Source: an uncultured Pseudomonadales bacterium (GTDB lineage Bacteria; Patescibacteriota; Microgenomatia; UBA1400; PJMF01). Taken from it: a DNA stretch of 64,000 nucleotides. This document shows positions 8,947 to 18,592 of this stretch, in pieces. A program made the translations under genes and the position numbers. The DNA lies in contig CAYPPX010000001.1 in assembly GCA_964412775.1 (NCBI GenBank), positions 141,473 through 205,472 on the forward strand, read 5' to 3'. Within the stretch, counting starts at the first letter, position 1; each line of letters starts with the position of its first letter. The notes beneath the pieces are model-generated. The model did not search any database. It worked only from the letters and a program-made list of their open reading frames with translations, and was not told the DNA's origin.

Positions 8947-9480
8947 GTGAAACTTATTTCAGGTAATATTTCCTATTTACCACAATATACTGATCTTCTC
9001 CAAAAAACATACGAGTCAGCTTATGTTGATGACTCTCTTGGCTTGACTAAAGATTGTTTTTCTAGAGAAATTTTTTACAACCAAGCTACCCAAAGTTACC
9101 TCAGATCTAGGTTAGAACTCACTGATCATCTCCAAACTTGGTTGGCTTTTGACCAAGATAAATTAATTGGTTCAATTACCGTGATTTTACTTTCTGACAC
9201 TGAAGCAGAACTGACTGGTTTTTATGTTGATCCAGCTTTTCAAGGCCAAGGTATTGGTAAAAAACTTTACCAGTTAGCTTTAGGGTTTGCTGGTAAGAGA
9301 GCTTTAGTTTTAGATATCTATTTGCATAACCAAAAAACCATTGAACTTTATAAAAAATGGGGTTGGCAATTAGATACAAGTCGAGGGGATAACGGTTATT
9401 TTTATAGGCATTGGCCAGAGTGGCCAGCTGGTTTGCAGGCTAAAGCGATGTATATGAGACTAGTGAAAAAAACTAGGTAA
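8947..9480 (+). CDS. GNAT-family N-acetyltransferase
   Basis: Acetyl-CoA motif A FQGQGIGKKLYQ. GTG start. Confidence 0.75.
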   Translation: MKLISGNISYLPQYTDLLQKTYESAYVDDSLGLTKDCFSREIFYNQATQSYLRSRLELTDHLQTWLAFDQDKLIGSITVILLSDTEAELTGFYVDPAFQGQGIGKKLYQLALGFAGKRALVLDIYLHNQKTIELYKKWGWQLDTSRGDNGYFYRHWPEWPAGLQAKAMYMRLVKKTR

Positions 9481-9527
9481 TTTGTTTAGTTTAGCTAATA
9501 TTTATTATTTAGCTTTATAATTTAATT

Positions 9528-10061
9528 ATGAAAGAAACCGAACGAGTAAAAAATACTGAATCCAAGACTTTCCAGAAAATGCCTGAATTTATTAAAAAAG
9601 GGATTCAGGAATTGGCAGGTCACTTTGGGGAAATTTTTCAGTCAAATCAAGAAAGTAACTTTTTACTTGGTAAGATGCTACAAGATGAAAAAGTTAGAGT
9701 TGCTTTGTTGGCCGTAACGAGAACAGTGCTTAATATTGGTATTTCGGTAGTTGATGTTTTTCCTGGTATTGGTGAAGTAGTTTCATTGGGTGCTGATTTG
9801 GCTAAACTAACAAAGTTTGATTTAACTCCAGATGTAAACAAGGGTTGGGCCTGGGGGACTGAGATTATTGAGTTATTTACTGGTGGGGTTTTTCCTAGTC
9901 ATGCAATTGAAACCACGATGCAGTTTATTAAAGATTTCCCTAGAATAAAAGAGGGTGCAAAGCGAGCTAAAAAAATTTGGGAAGCTCACCAAGCAGTCAT
10001 TAAAACCAAAAAAGTCCAAGATGCTGCCTCAGTTTTTGCTCCAGCCCCTATGGCTGTTTAA
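9528..10061 (+). CDS. hypothetical protein
   Basis: 177-aa ORF. No motif recognised. Confidence 0.4.
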   Translation: MKETERVKNTESKTFQKMPEFIKKGIQELAGHFGEIFQSNQESNFLLGKMLQDEKVRVALLAVTRTVLNIGISVVDVFPGIGEVVSLGADLAKLTKFDLTPDVNKGWAWGTEIIELFTGGVFPSHAIETTMQFIKDFPRIKEGAKRAKKIWEAHQAVIKTKKVQDAASVFAPAPMAV

Positions 10062-10068
10062 GGAAATA

Positions 10069-10302
10069 ATGCCAACTCTCGAAGAAAAACAACAAGCTTT
10101 AGAAACCTTAATTCATCAAAGTATTTTGTTAGATGAAAGTAAAAAACCAGAATTAGTTTATAAAATTCCTCAGATGTCAGAAGCAGATATTGATAATTTA
10201 GGTCGGTTTTTAGCCATGGAAGTGCAAAATGCTGAAAAATTTTATGAGGAAAACTTGCCCAAATTAGAAAAATTTATTGAAGAATTAGATAAGGCTGGGT
10301 AG
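10069..10302 (+). CDS. hypothetical small helical protein
   Basis: 77 aa. Preceded by a good RBS (AAGGAAATAATG) 7 nt after the upstream stop. Confidence 0.4.
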   Translation: MPTLEEKQQALETLIHQSILLDESKKPELVYKIPQMSEADIDNLGRFLAMEVQNAEKFYEENLPKLEKFIEELDKAG

Positions 10303-10345
10303 TTGTTAATAACTTGAAGAATAAGAAACCTCTAAAAGCCTCAAA

Positions 10346-11329
10346 TTAACTGGTTTTTTTAAATTTAGCCACAAACATTGGATCTAAATTATCCAGATGT
10401 GGTTGGACCCTTTTGACCAATTTTTCATCAAAACCATGAACGTAGTTTTTTAACCCAGCTTGGCCAACTTTAAGGTTAAGTGGTTGGATTTTGGCATCTA
10501 AATTTTTTGCTAAAAAATCATTGACGACGTCTTCATTTTCTTCTGGAGTAACGGCACAGGTTGAGTAAACCAAGGTGCCACCTGGTTTTAAGGTTTTCCA
10601 GACGGAACTAAGCAGGTTTTTTTGACGTTTGGCTAGGGTTTTAACTCTAGTTTCACTCCATTTTTTTAATTCTTTTTCTTCATTTAAAATATGTTTTTCA
10701 CTACTACAAGGTGCATCCACCAAAATTTTGTCAAAGTAATTAGGGTATTTATAAAACAAGGTTTCGGCTTTTTGGCCCCAAACTTCAATATGCTCTTTAT
10801 GGTAATCGTTAAAGATTTGTCTCATCGTGCCACGGCGGCCACTAGACAAGTCATTAGCAATTAAATGGCCTTGTCGGTCGAGGAAGTCATCAATCAGCAT
10901 GGCTTTACCACCAGGTGCGGCACAAGCATCCAAGACTAAATCTCCAGGCCCAGCTTCTAGAGCCAAGGCTGGTAGTAACGAGGCGGCGTTCATTGGGTAA
11001 AAGAGTTTTTCTTTAAAGCCTGGTAAAACAGTTCTAGCTGGAGTTTCTTTTGGCCATAATAACGCATAAGGATACCAGGATAGAGTTTTCCAAGTTAAGC
11101 CATTATTTTGCCAAAGTTGTTGGAGTTTTTCTTGATCATGAGGATTAAAACGTAAGACTGGTAGCGAGTTAGTTTCCAACGCTTGTTTCCAGGATAGAAA
11201 CTCAGTTTCTTGGTCAAAAAACTGTTGGTAATAGTCCAAAAAGGCTGTTCGACCGGTTGGTTTTTTATTTTTCATTAAAGAGTTTTTTCCAGGCTTCAAC
11301 TGGGGTGGATGGAGGGAGTTGAAGTTCAC
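10346..11329 (-). CDS. NOL1/NOP2/Sun-family RNA m5C methyltransferase (RsmB/RsmF-like)
   Basis: SAM-binding block LDACAAPGGK, catalytic DAPCSS block, and TLVYSTCA block. Confidence 0.8.
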   Translation of the reverse strand: MNFNSLHPPQLKPGKNSLMKNKKPTGRTAFLDYYQQFFDQETEFLSWKQALETNSLPVLRFNPHDQEKLQQLWQNNGLTWKTLSWYPYALLWPKETPARTVLPGFKEKLFYPMNAASLLPALALEAGPGDLVLDACAAPGGKAMLIDDFLDRQGHLIANDLSSGRRGTMRQIFNDYHKEHIEVWGQKAETLFYKYPNYFDKILVDAPCSSEKHILNEEKELKKWSETRVKTLAKRQKNLLSSVWKTLKPGGTLVYSTCAVTPEENEDVVNDFLAKNLDAKIQPLNLKVGQAGLKNYVHGFDEKLVKRVQPHLDNLDPMFVAKFKKTS

Positions 11330-11621
11330 TACTACTATTTTGGTATTCTAAAGGAATTTGCAAGATATATTCTCCTGGTTTTTGGAGGAGGAGTTCATCT
11401 CTCATAACTTTTTCTTTTGCAAACTCTGAGGATGTGGTTTCTAGGTCTTTTTGTTCAGTGATGATTTGTTGATTAACAGCCTGGAGCTTTTGTTCTAACA
11501 ACTCAATGTTATGTTGGGAAATTAGGCTTTTTGACGCTGTTTTTCTCAGAGAGATAATAAAAAGTAGTGTTATAATAGTTGCAATTAGGATTGTAAATGG
11601 TTTTTCAAGCAGTTGTTTCAT
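11265..11621 (-). CDS. membrane-anchored coiled-coil protein, possibly an FtsB/DivIC-like septation factor
   Basis: N-terminal TM helix followed by a heptad-like helical segment. Overlaps the downstream methyltransferase start by about 65 nt. Confidence 0.35.
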   Translation of the reverse strand: MKQLLEKPFTILIATIITLLFIISLRKTASKSLISQHNIELLEQKLQAVNQQIITEQKDLETTSSEFAKEKVMRDELLLQKPGEYILQIPLEYQNSSSELQLPPSTPVEAWKKLFNEK

Positions 11622-11757
11622 AACTATTGATAAAAATCCTAAAATATGATATTATAAGACGTTAGTTATTTAAACTTAGTAAAAAATTTGATAACTGCCC
11701 CACATCATACACTGGTAGCAATTAGTTTTGCTACTAGATGTGAGGAAAGAAAAAAAT

Positions 11758-12627
11758 ATGCAACAAACTGTGTTAGTTGATGCTCACGCTAAATTTGAAA
11801 AAAGCCTCCGAGAAAAAGGTAAGGCTAATGCTACTGTAATCGCTTACAGTAAAGATATTGAGCAGTTAATTCAATTTGTTGGTGATAAGGGTAAAACCTT
11901 AGTAGCTGAAGTCTCAGTTGATGATATTGATGCTTTCAAAAGTGATTTGAAGCAAAAGCGTTACACTAGTAAATCTGTCTCCAGAAAAATTAACTCAATT
12001 AAGTCATTCTTCCGTTATTTAATTAACGAGGGAATTGTTGATACCAATCCAGCTGACTCGATTACTCATCCTAAAATTGACCAAGCTCCTCCAAGAGTTT
12101 TGGCTAGATTAGAGTACCGAGCATTGCGTGATGCTTGTCGAGGTGATGCCCGTATTTTCGCCATTGTAGAGTTATTACTCCAAACTGGGATGAGAATTAG
12201 TGAGCTAGCTTCTTTAGCCCAAGAAGATGTCGATCTTGAAAGAGGTATCTTATTAATTAAAGCTCAAAACTCTCGTGAAGAGCGAAAAGTGCCTTTGAAC
12301 AAGGCTGCTAAGAAAGCTTTAGTTGATTACCTCAAGATTCGTCCAAGAGCCAAAGAAAAAACTGTTTTCTTGACTAAAACTTGTAGACCATTCTTGGTTA
12401 GAAATATTAGAACCGCTATTGATCGTTACTTCAGATTAGCTGGGATCAAAGACTCTAAAGTTAATGACCTTAGACACACCTTTATTGTTGAACAATTGAA
12501 GGCTGGTACTCCATTAGTTTATGTTTCTCAATTAGTTGGTCATAAGAGAATTACCACTACTGAAAAATATTTAGAGCTAATTGAATCTCCAGACTTAAAT
12601 CCAAACGTTCAAATCGAAGAGTTATAA
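11758..12627 (+). CDS. xerC: tyrosine site-specific recombinase (XerC/XerD type)
   Basis: Core-binding N-domain plus a catalytic domain with RISE...HTFIV...GHKRITTTEKY (R-H-R-Y). ATG at 11758 with RBS GAGGAAAG. The ORF track starts at the TTG at 11728. Confidence 0.8.
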   Translation: MQQTVLVDAHAKFEKSLREKGKANATVIAYSKDIEQLIQFVGDKGKTLVAEVSVDDIDAFKSDLKQKRYTSKSVSRKINSIKSFFRYLINEGIVDTNPADSITHPKIDQAPPRVLARLEYRALRDACRGDARIFAIVELLLQTGMRISELASLAQEDVDLERGILLIKAQNSREERKVPLNKAAKKALVDYLKIRPRAKEKTVFLTKTCRPFLVRNIRTAIDRYFRLAGIKDSKVNDLRHTFIVEQLKAGTPLVYVSQLVGHKRITTTEKYLELIESPDLNPNVQIEEL

Positions 12628-12724
12628 GCTATAATTTAAGCATATGATCTTAACTAACAATTCCAATACCAACTTTGCTTGGTGGAGCCTCTTTGCTTAA
12701 GGGGTTTTGTTAGTCTTGTTGTGT

Positions 12725-12751
12725 AAAAAGCCCCTTTTTTAGGGGTTTTTT
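12725..12751 (+). terminator. rho-independent (bidirectional-type) terminator
   Basis: AAAAAGCCCCT-TTTTT-AGGGGTTTTTT. Confidence 0.7.
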
Positions 12752-12804
12752 AGTAAATTATCCCCTGAAAAAAAACTTTATTAATTTATAATGGGAAAGA
12801 ATTT

Positions 12805-13827
12805 ATGAAAACAAATAAACAAAGAATTTTAGCTGGCATTACACCAAGTGGTAACTCACTGCATATTGGTAACTATTTTGGGGCAGTTAAACCTCATATC
12901 GAGTTACAAAATAACCAAGAACTAGATACGCATTACTTCTTGGCTGATTTACATGCGCTGACGACTGTTCGTGACCAAAAAACTTTGGAGAACAACATCA
13001 CTGGGGTGGTTTTGGATTATTTAGCACTAGGTTTAGATCCAGAAAAATCGGTGTTTTTCCGTCAATCTCAGGTGTCGGAACATAGTCAGCTGGCTGTAGT
13101 TTTGGCTAACTATATTTCTTATGGTCAAATGCAACGAATGCATGCTTTTAAAGATAAACTACAGAAAAATACTAGTGTTGAGTCGATTAACATGGGTTTG
13201 TTTAACTATCCAATCTTGATGGCTGCCGATATTTTGTTATATAGACCAATGGGTGTGCCAGTGGGTGAAGATCAACGTCAACACATTGAGTTGACTAGAG
13301 ATATTGCTGAAAGTTTTAATCATACATATAAGCAGGAGATTTTTCCGTTGCCAGAACCAATGATTGGTAAAAAATCAGGCAAAATTGTGGGCACTGATGG
13401 CCAACGCAAGATGAGCAAATCGCTAGGCAATACCATTGGGATTTTTGAAGACGAAGCCGTGATTCGTAAGCAAATTATGAGTTGTTTTACTGATCCTAAC
13501 CGTAAAAAGGCTACTGATCCAGGTAAAGTCGAAGGTAATCCAGTCTTTATTTACCACGACTTGCTAAATGATAACTTGGCAGAAGTTGAAGAGCTCAAGG
13601 CTAGATACCAAGCTGGTACTGTTGGTGATGTGGAAGTCAAAGAAAAACTTTTTTTGGCTCACCAACGAACTTTTGCTCAGGCTCGTCAAAAGAGAGCTGA
13701 GTTGGCTGGTAATTTAACTTTAGTGAGAGATATTTTGGCTAGTGGTGCTCAAAAAGCTGGTCTAGTTGCCCAGGCAACTATGCAGGAAGTTTATCAAGTG
13801 ATTGGTATTAAAAATAAATTAAATTAG
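12805..13827 (+). CDS. trpS: tryptophan--tRNA ligase
   Basis: HIGH-type motif (GITPSG..LHIGNY) and KMSKS. Confidence 0.9.
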   Translation: MKTNKQRILAGITPSGNSLHIGNYFGAVKPHIELQNNQELDTHYFLADLHALTTVRDQKTLENNITGVVLDYLALGLDPEKSVFFRQSQVSEHSQLAVVLANYISYGQMQRMHAFKDKLQKNTSVESINMGLFNYPILMAADILLYRPMGVPVGEDQRQHIELTRDIAESFNHTYKQEIFPLPEPMIGKKSGKIVGTDGQRKMSKSLGNTIGIFEDEAVIRKQIMSCFTDPNRKKATDPGKVEGNPVFIYHDLLNDNLAEVEELKARYQAGTVGDVEVKEKLFLAHQRTFAQARQKRAELAGNLTLVRDILASGAQKAGLVAQATMQEVYQVIGIKNKLN

Positions 13828-13836
13828 AAGGCAAAA

Positions 13837-14172
13837 ATGAAACCAACTATTGAATACAGTGATTTTGAAAAACTAGATATTAGAATTGGTAAAGTAGTGG
13901 CGGCAGCTGCTCCTGAATGGAGTAAAAAACTTTTGGAGTTTACTGTTGATTTTGGTGAAGAACTCGGGACCAAGACTATTTTTTCTGGAATCAAAGAATG
14001 GTACAAGCCAGAAGATTTTATTAATAATAGTTATATGTTTATTGTCAACTTAGCAGAAAGAAAAATGGGTGAGGGCGTTAGTCAAGGCATGATGATTATG
14101 GCTGATGGTGCTGATTTGCCTGTTCCATTCGCCTTAAAGCCAGAAGTGGCTGCTGGTACGGTAGTGCGCTAA
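13837..14172 (+). CDS. stand-alone OB-fold tRNA-binding domain protein (CsaA/Trbp111/EMAP-like)
   Basis: DFxKLDIRIGKV...EFTVDFGEELG..IFSGI pattern, typical of the Myf/tRNA-binding domain. Starts 9 nt after trpS. Confidence 0.7.
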   Translation: MKPTIEYSDFEKLDIRIGKVVAAAAPEWSKKLLEFTVDFGEELGTKTIFSGIKEWYKPEDFINNSYMFIVNLAERKMGEGVSQGMMIMADGADLPVPFALKPEVAAGTVVR

Positions 14173-14267
14173 GGTTTAAATCTACTCTTGAGTTTTTGAA
14201 GTTTTTTTTGCAAAATACACCTCTAGCCATGCCCTGGTAGTATTGATTTTTAGATACAGGGGAATGT

Positions 14268-15149
14268 GTGGTTGAGCGTCGCTTACCTATAACCAAAGAA
14301 AAATTAACTTTTATAGAGCAACCAGATTTAAAATTAATGGCTGTTAGTTTGTTGGCTGGTCCTTCAGTAGCTACGGTTGAAGTTATCCCAGAATTTAAAG
14401 ATAGAGCCAAAGGTGTTTGTGAAGGTTGTGGGGAAAAACTGGCTAAAAAAGATGCCATTATTGGTCATATGGATCATACTCCTGGTGGCCCTAGGTATAA
14501 CGCTGATAGTAATCTTAGAATTCATTGTTTGGGTTGTGAAGCAACCTGGCACTTAACTCATGTTGGTAGATCCAAAGAAATAGGTTTGTCTGAAGTTGCT
14601 AATGAAAGTACGGTAATTTCTAGACTTTTAGAGTTAGTTCGAAAAAATAAAAAAAGATTTGTGAAGTTAATTGAGACTGAAAGTGGCTACTTTTCTCCAA
14701 GTTTATTTTTTAAACTTTACTTAAATGAACCAGCAAAAATTGACCAAATTTTTACTAAATATAATTTAGAGTTTCCAGTTGATTTAGATCAGGAGATAAA
14801 CAATTTTTTCAAAAAAGAAACCCCAGACTTTATTTACTACTATTTTAGGAGAAAAAAGGCCTTTGATTATTATTTCAAAAACAGAAATTTAGATTTACCA
14901 GTTAATTTAGTTGATTTATTAAATGAACTTTTTATTAATGACTTTGAAAGCTACCTAAAACTTTATTTAAGATACTCTTTAGAAGTTGGCAAAATTTTTC
15001 GGCAAAACCACCAAAAACAGCCTAAAATAAAGACGTACCTAAAAAAATTAGCTAAAACCAATCAAGCAGAGTTTGAGAATTTTGTCTTGAGCTACCCAGA
15101 AATTTTTGATTTATTGGGGCACGAGGTGGTTGAAAACCTGCTTTCTTGA
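14268..15149 (+). CDS. HNH-nuclease-domain protein with an uncharacterised C-terminal domain
   Basis: CEGCGEKL...GHMDHTPGG...NLRIHCLGCEATWH is a CxxC-H-N-H-CxxC HNH signature. GTG start. The C-terminal 180 aa show no motif. Confidence 0.55.
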   Translation: MVERRLPITKEKLTFIEQPDLKLMAVSLLAGPSVATVEVIPEFKDRAKGVCEGCGEKLAKKDAIIGHMDHTPGGPRYNADSNLRIHCLGCEATWHLTHVGRSKEIGLSEVANESTVISRLLELVRKNKKRFVKLIETESGYFSPSLFFKLYLNEPAKIDQIFTKYNLEFPVDLDQEINNFFKKETPDFIYYYFRRKKAFDYYFKNRNLDLPVNLVDLLNELFINDFESYLKLYLRYSLEVGKIFRQNHQKQPKIKTYLKKLAKTNQAEFENFVLSYPEIFDLLGHEVVENLLS

Positions 15150-15179
15150 GCTAGTTACCATGTTACAATACCTGTCACT

Positions 15180-17108
15180 ATGACTGAAAAAGCAGGTAAC
15201 AAAACCGATAAATCTCCTAACAATAAAAAAGAGCAATCACCAGACAAAAAACTCCCTAAAAACCTCAAAGTTTTTCAGGTTAACATGAACTTAAATGATC
15301 TCTTGAATAAAGGGTTTGTAGCCTTGATTTTATTGTTAATTTTTTGGCCAACTCTTAAGAGTTTGTTTGGTTTTACTCCGACTGAATATATTTCTATTAG
15401 TCAATTAGTTCGTGATGTTCGTGACGAAAAGGTTGAGAAGATTCAAGTTTCTAGTACTGAATTGAGAGGTATTTATAAAGACGAAAGTCGTAAATATGCC
15501 ATCAAAGAAGAAGGTCAACAGGCTTTGTCAGTGCTGGATTATGCTGGAATTGATCTAGCTGCAGTTGATGTTACTGTCGAAAACGTTTCTTTTAGACAAC
15601 TTTTCTGGGAACTGATTATTAATTTCTTACCAATTGGTTTGATGATTTTCTTTTTCTTATTTATGTTCCGCCAAGCTCGGGGCGCTCAAGATGGCATTAT
15701 GGGGATTGGTAAAAGTAAGGCCAAGGTTTTTATCAAAGGTAAACAAAATATTACTTTTGCTGATGTTGGTGGCATGGATGAGGCCAAAAAAGAACTCCAA
15801 GAAATTGTTGATTTTTTGAAGTTTCCTAAAAAATACATCAAAGTAGGGGCAAGAACGCCCAAAGGTGTATTGTTAGTTGGTCCATCTGGTACTGGTAAAA
15901 CTTTATTGGCTCGAGCGGTGGCTGGTGAAGCTAACGTTCAGTTTTTATCGATTGCTGGTTCTGAGTTTATGGAGATGTTAGTTGGGGTCGGTGCTTCTCG
16001 TGTCCGTGATTTATTTGACACTGCTAAAAAATTAGCTCCAGCTATTATTTTTATTGATGAAATTGATGCAATTGGTCGCATTCGTGGCCAAGGGAGCATG
16101 GGTGGTCACGATGAGCGTGAGCAGACTCTCAACCAGATTTTAGTTGAGATGGATGGTTTTGCTCGGAATGAAAACGTGATCGTGATGGCTGCTACCAACC
16201 GTGGTGATATGCTTGATCCAGCTTTAGTAAGACCTGGACGTTTTGACCGCCGAGTAACTGTGTCTTTACCAGATTTAGAAGAACGTAAATTTATCTTAAA
16301 GATCCATGCCAAAGGTAAACCACTAGACAAAGATTTGACTTGGGAAAAAATTGCTAAGCGAACCGTTGGCTTTTCTGGCGCTGATTTAGAAAACATGATG
16401 AATGAAGCAGCAATTGCCATTGCTCGTGAGAATAGAACTGAGATCAATATGGAAGACATTGAAGAAGCTTCAATGAAGGTGAAATATGGTCCAAGCAAAA
16501 AGCGCTTGCATGATGAATATGAGCGTGAAATGACCGCTTATCATGAAGCTGGCCATGCAGTTTTGGCTCATATCTTGCCATATGCTGACCCAGTTCACCG
16601 CATCTCGATTGTTTCTCGTGGACATGCTTTGGGTTACACTTTTACTCCTCCAGAAAAAGATAAAGTTCAATTGCTCAAATCTGAGATGCTTGATGATATG
16701 GTCGTGATGATGGGTGGTCGAGCTGCGGAAATGCTGGTTTATAACGAACAAACCGCTGGAGCTAGTAATGACATTGAACGAGCTACTAGAACAGCCAGGG
16801 CGATGGTGGTGGATTATGGCATGAGTGACTTGGGACCCATGAATTTTGCTCCACAATATGAAACTAATTACTCTAGATCCTGGGGTGAACCACAAAAAAT
16901 CTCAAGTAAACTTCAAGAAAAAGTTGATGCAGAGATTCAAAAATATATTGATACAGCTGCTAAAAAATCGCTTGAATTGCTCAAAAAACACCGTAAAGAG
17001 CTTGATGCTGTGACCAAAAGACTGCTTGAGGTTGAGACTTTGGATGGTGACGAATTTACCAAAGTAATGAACATGCCTAAAGCCAGAAAAGAGCTTAAAA
17101 AAGCTTAA
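15180..17108 (+). CDS. ftsH: ATP-dependent zinc metalloprotease FtsH
   Basis: TM region, Walker A GPSGTGKT, second region of homology, and HEAGHA zinc site. Confidence 0.95.
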   Translation: MTEKAGNKTDKSPNNKKEQSPDKKLPKNLKVFQVNMNLNDLLNKGFVALILLLIFWPTLKSLFGFTPTEYISISQLVRDVRDEKVEKIQVSSTELRGIYKDESRKYAIKEEGQQALSVLDYAGIDLAAVDVTVENVSFRQLFWELIINFLPIGLMIFFFLFMFRQARGAQDGIMGIGKSKAKVFIKGKQNITFADVGGMDEAKKELQEIVDFLKFPKKYIKVGARTPKGVLLVGPSGTGKTLLARAVAGEANVQFLSIAGSEFMEMLVGVGASRVRDLFDTAKKLAPAIIFIDEIDAIGRIRGQGSMGGHDEREQTLNQILVEMDGFARNENVIVMAATNRGDMLDPALVRPGRFDRRVTVSLPDLEERKFILKIHAKGKPLDKDLTWEKIAKRTVGFSGADLENMMNEAAIAIARENRTEINMEDIEEASMKVKYGPSKKRLHDEYEREMTAYHEAGHAVLAHILPYADPVHRISIVSRGHALGYTFTPPEKDKVQLLKSEMLDDMVVMMGGRAAEMLVYNEQTAGASNDIERATRTARAMVVDYGMSDLGPMNFAPQYETNYSRSWGEPQKISSKLQEKVDAEIQKYIDTAAKKSLELLKKHRKELDAVTKRLLEVETLDGDEFTKVMNMPKARKELKKA

Positions 17109-17154
17109 AATTCTGATTGTTCTTGGCTAACTTTTTGCGTATGATATTCTCAGT

Positions 17155-17604
17155 ATGTCTGCCCAGATAGTGCGTCGATTTCCATTAGTGCGTCGGTTGA
17201 GTAGGATCATGATTGTGATCTTGAGTTTGACGATTTTTGCTGGGATGGTGATTATTCCTTTTGAGATGTATGCCAATGGGTCCAAAATCATAACCGGGAT
17301 TGATGGCTTGTGGTGGGCAATTACTACGGTTACCACCGTGGGTTATGGTGACATTGTGCCAGTGACGCCAATTGGTCGGTTGATTGGGGCGGTATTACAG
17401 ATTTCTGGGGCAGTAATGTTTGGTACCTTGGTGGGTACGATTACAGTTTATCTTAATCAGGTTCAAGAAGATTATGAGTGGCGAAGAGTCCATGAGAAAC
17501 TAGATCGTACTGAAGATGAGTTGGTTGCCATTAAACACAAACTTGATTACTTGATTAAAAATAAGGATAACAAACCAGTTCCAACTCAGCGGTGGCGAAT
17601 CTAA
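17155..17604 (+). CDS. small two-TM potassium channel (KcsA-like)
   Basis: Selectivity filter TTVGYGD between two hydrophobic helices. Confidence 0.8.
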   Translation: MSAQIVRRFPLVRRLSRIMIVILSLTIFAGMVIIPFEMYANGSKIITGIDGLWWAITTVTTVGYGDIVPVTPIGRLIGAVLQISGAVMFGTLVGTITVYLNQVQEDYEWRRVHEKLDRTEDELVAIKHKLDYLIKNKDNKPVPTQRWRI

Positions 17605-17662
17605 CTTATTCACTCTTTGTTTTGATTTCAAATTTTTACTAACCTGGTAAAATGGGTAGTTA

Positions 17663-18592
17663 ATGGCAAGAAAAACTTTTTTACTAGTTGATGGGCATGC
17701 TTTAATTTACCGATCATTTTATGGTTTCCCTAAAGAACTCACGACTAAGACTGGTCAATTGATTAATGCTGTTTATGGTTTTTCTAGAATTTTGTTGACG
17801 GTTATTCAACGCCAAGAACCAACTCATATTGCCGTTGCTTTTGATCACCCAAAACCTACCAATCGTCACAAAGAATTTGCTGATTACAAAGCGAATAGAC
17901 CAACGATGCCAGAAGAGCTTCAACATCAGGTGGGGATTATTAAAGAGGTTGTGTCAGCTTTGAACATTCCTCAGTTTGAGGTTGAGGGCTTTGAGGCGGA
18001 TGATCTGATTGGGACGATTAATCGCCAAGTGGAAAAACTAGACAAAGAGTTATTGACGGTAATTTTGACTGGTGACAAGGATATGTTTCAACTAGTCGAT
18101 AATGATACTCATGTTTATTTACCAGGTAGAGGGAAATTTCAAACCGACAAAGAGTATGACATTGAAGGGGTCAAAGAAAAGCTTGGAGTAATGCCAACCC
18201 AAGTCCCAGACCTCAAAGGGCTAATGGGTGATAGTTCTGATAATATTCCTGGGGTTAAAGGGATTGGTCCCAAGACAGCTAGTGGTCTAATTCAAGCCTT
18301 TGGTTCAGTGGAAAAAGTTTACGCAGCCCTAGAAGCTGGTGAAGATCATAAATTGTTTACTCCTTCAGTCAAAAATAAGTTATTGGCAGATAAAGCTAAT
18401 GCATTGGCTAGTAAATCACTAGCCACAATTATTACTGATTCACCAATAGATTTTGTTCTAGATGATTGTTTGGTTAACTCTTACGATAAAGAAAAGATCT
18501 CTAACCTTTTTCTAGAACTTGATTTTAAATCATTAATTAGTTTATTACCTCAAGATGAATTCGAGTCTTCAGTGCAGGAGGCATTGTTTTAA
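17663..18592 (+). CDS. stand-alone 5'-3' exonuclease (Pol I N-terminal domain/FEN family)
   Basis: LLVDGHALIYRSFY, FDxxxPTxR, GDKDMFQLV and the H3TH block GVKGIGPKTA. No polymerase domain follows. Confidence 0.85.
   Translation: MARKTFLLVDGHALIYRSFYGFPKELTTKTGQLINAVYGFSRILLTVIQRQEPTHIAVAFDHPKPTNRHKEFADYKANRPTMPEELQHQVGIIKEVVSALNIPQFEVEGFEADDLIGTINRQVEKLDKELLTVILTGDKDMFQLVDNDTHVYLPGRGKFQTDKEYDIEGVKEKLGVMPTQVPDLKGLMGDSSDNIPGVKGIGPKTASGLIQAFGSVEKVYAALEAGEDHKLFTPSVKNKLLADKANALASKSLATIITDSPIDFVLDDCLVNSYDKEKISNLFLELDFKSLISLLPQDEFESSVQEALF

Noticed and set aside
11728-12627. The XerC/D-like tyrosine recombinase as a marker of an integrated mobile element
   Set aside because: There are no flanking direct repeats, no phage or plasmid genes, and no tRNA attachment site. 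The neighbours are housekeeping genes. It is more likely the chromosomal dimer-resolution recombinase.
12630-12804. T-box riboswitch upstream of trpS
   Set aside because: I could not find the conserved T-box 14-18-nt consensus or a convincing specifier loop. It is retained only as a generic attenuator possibility in the findings.
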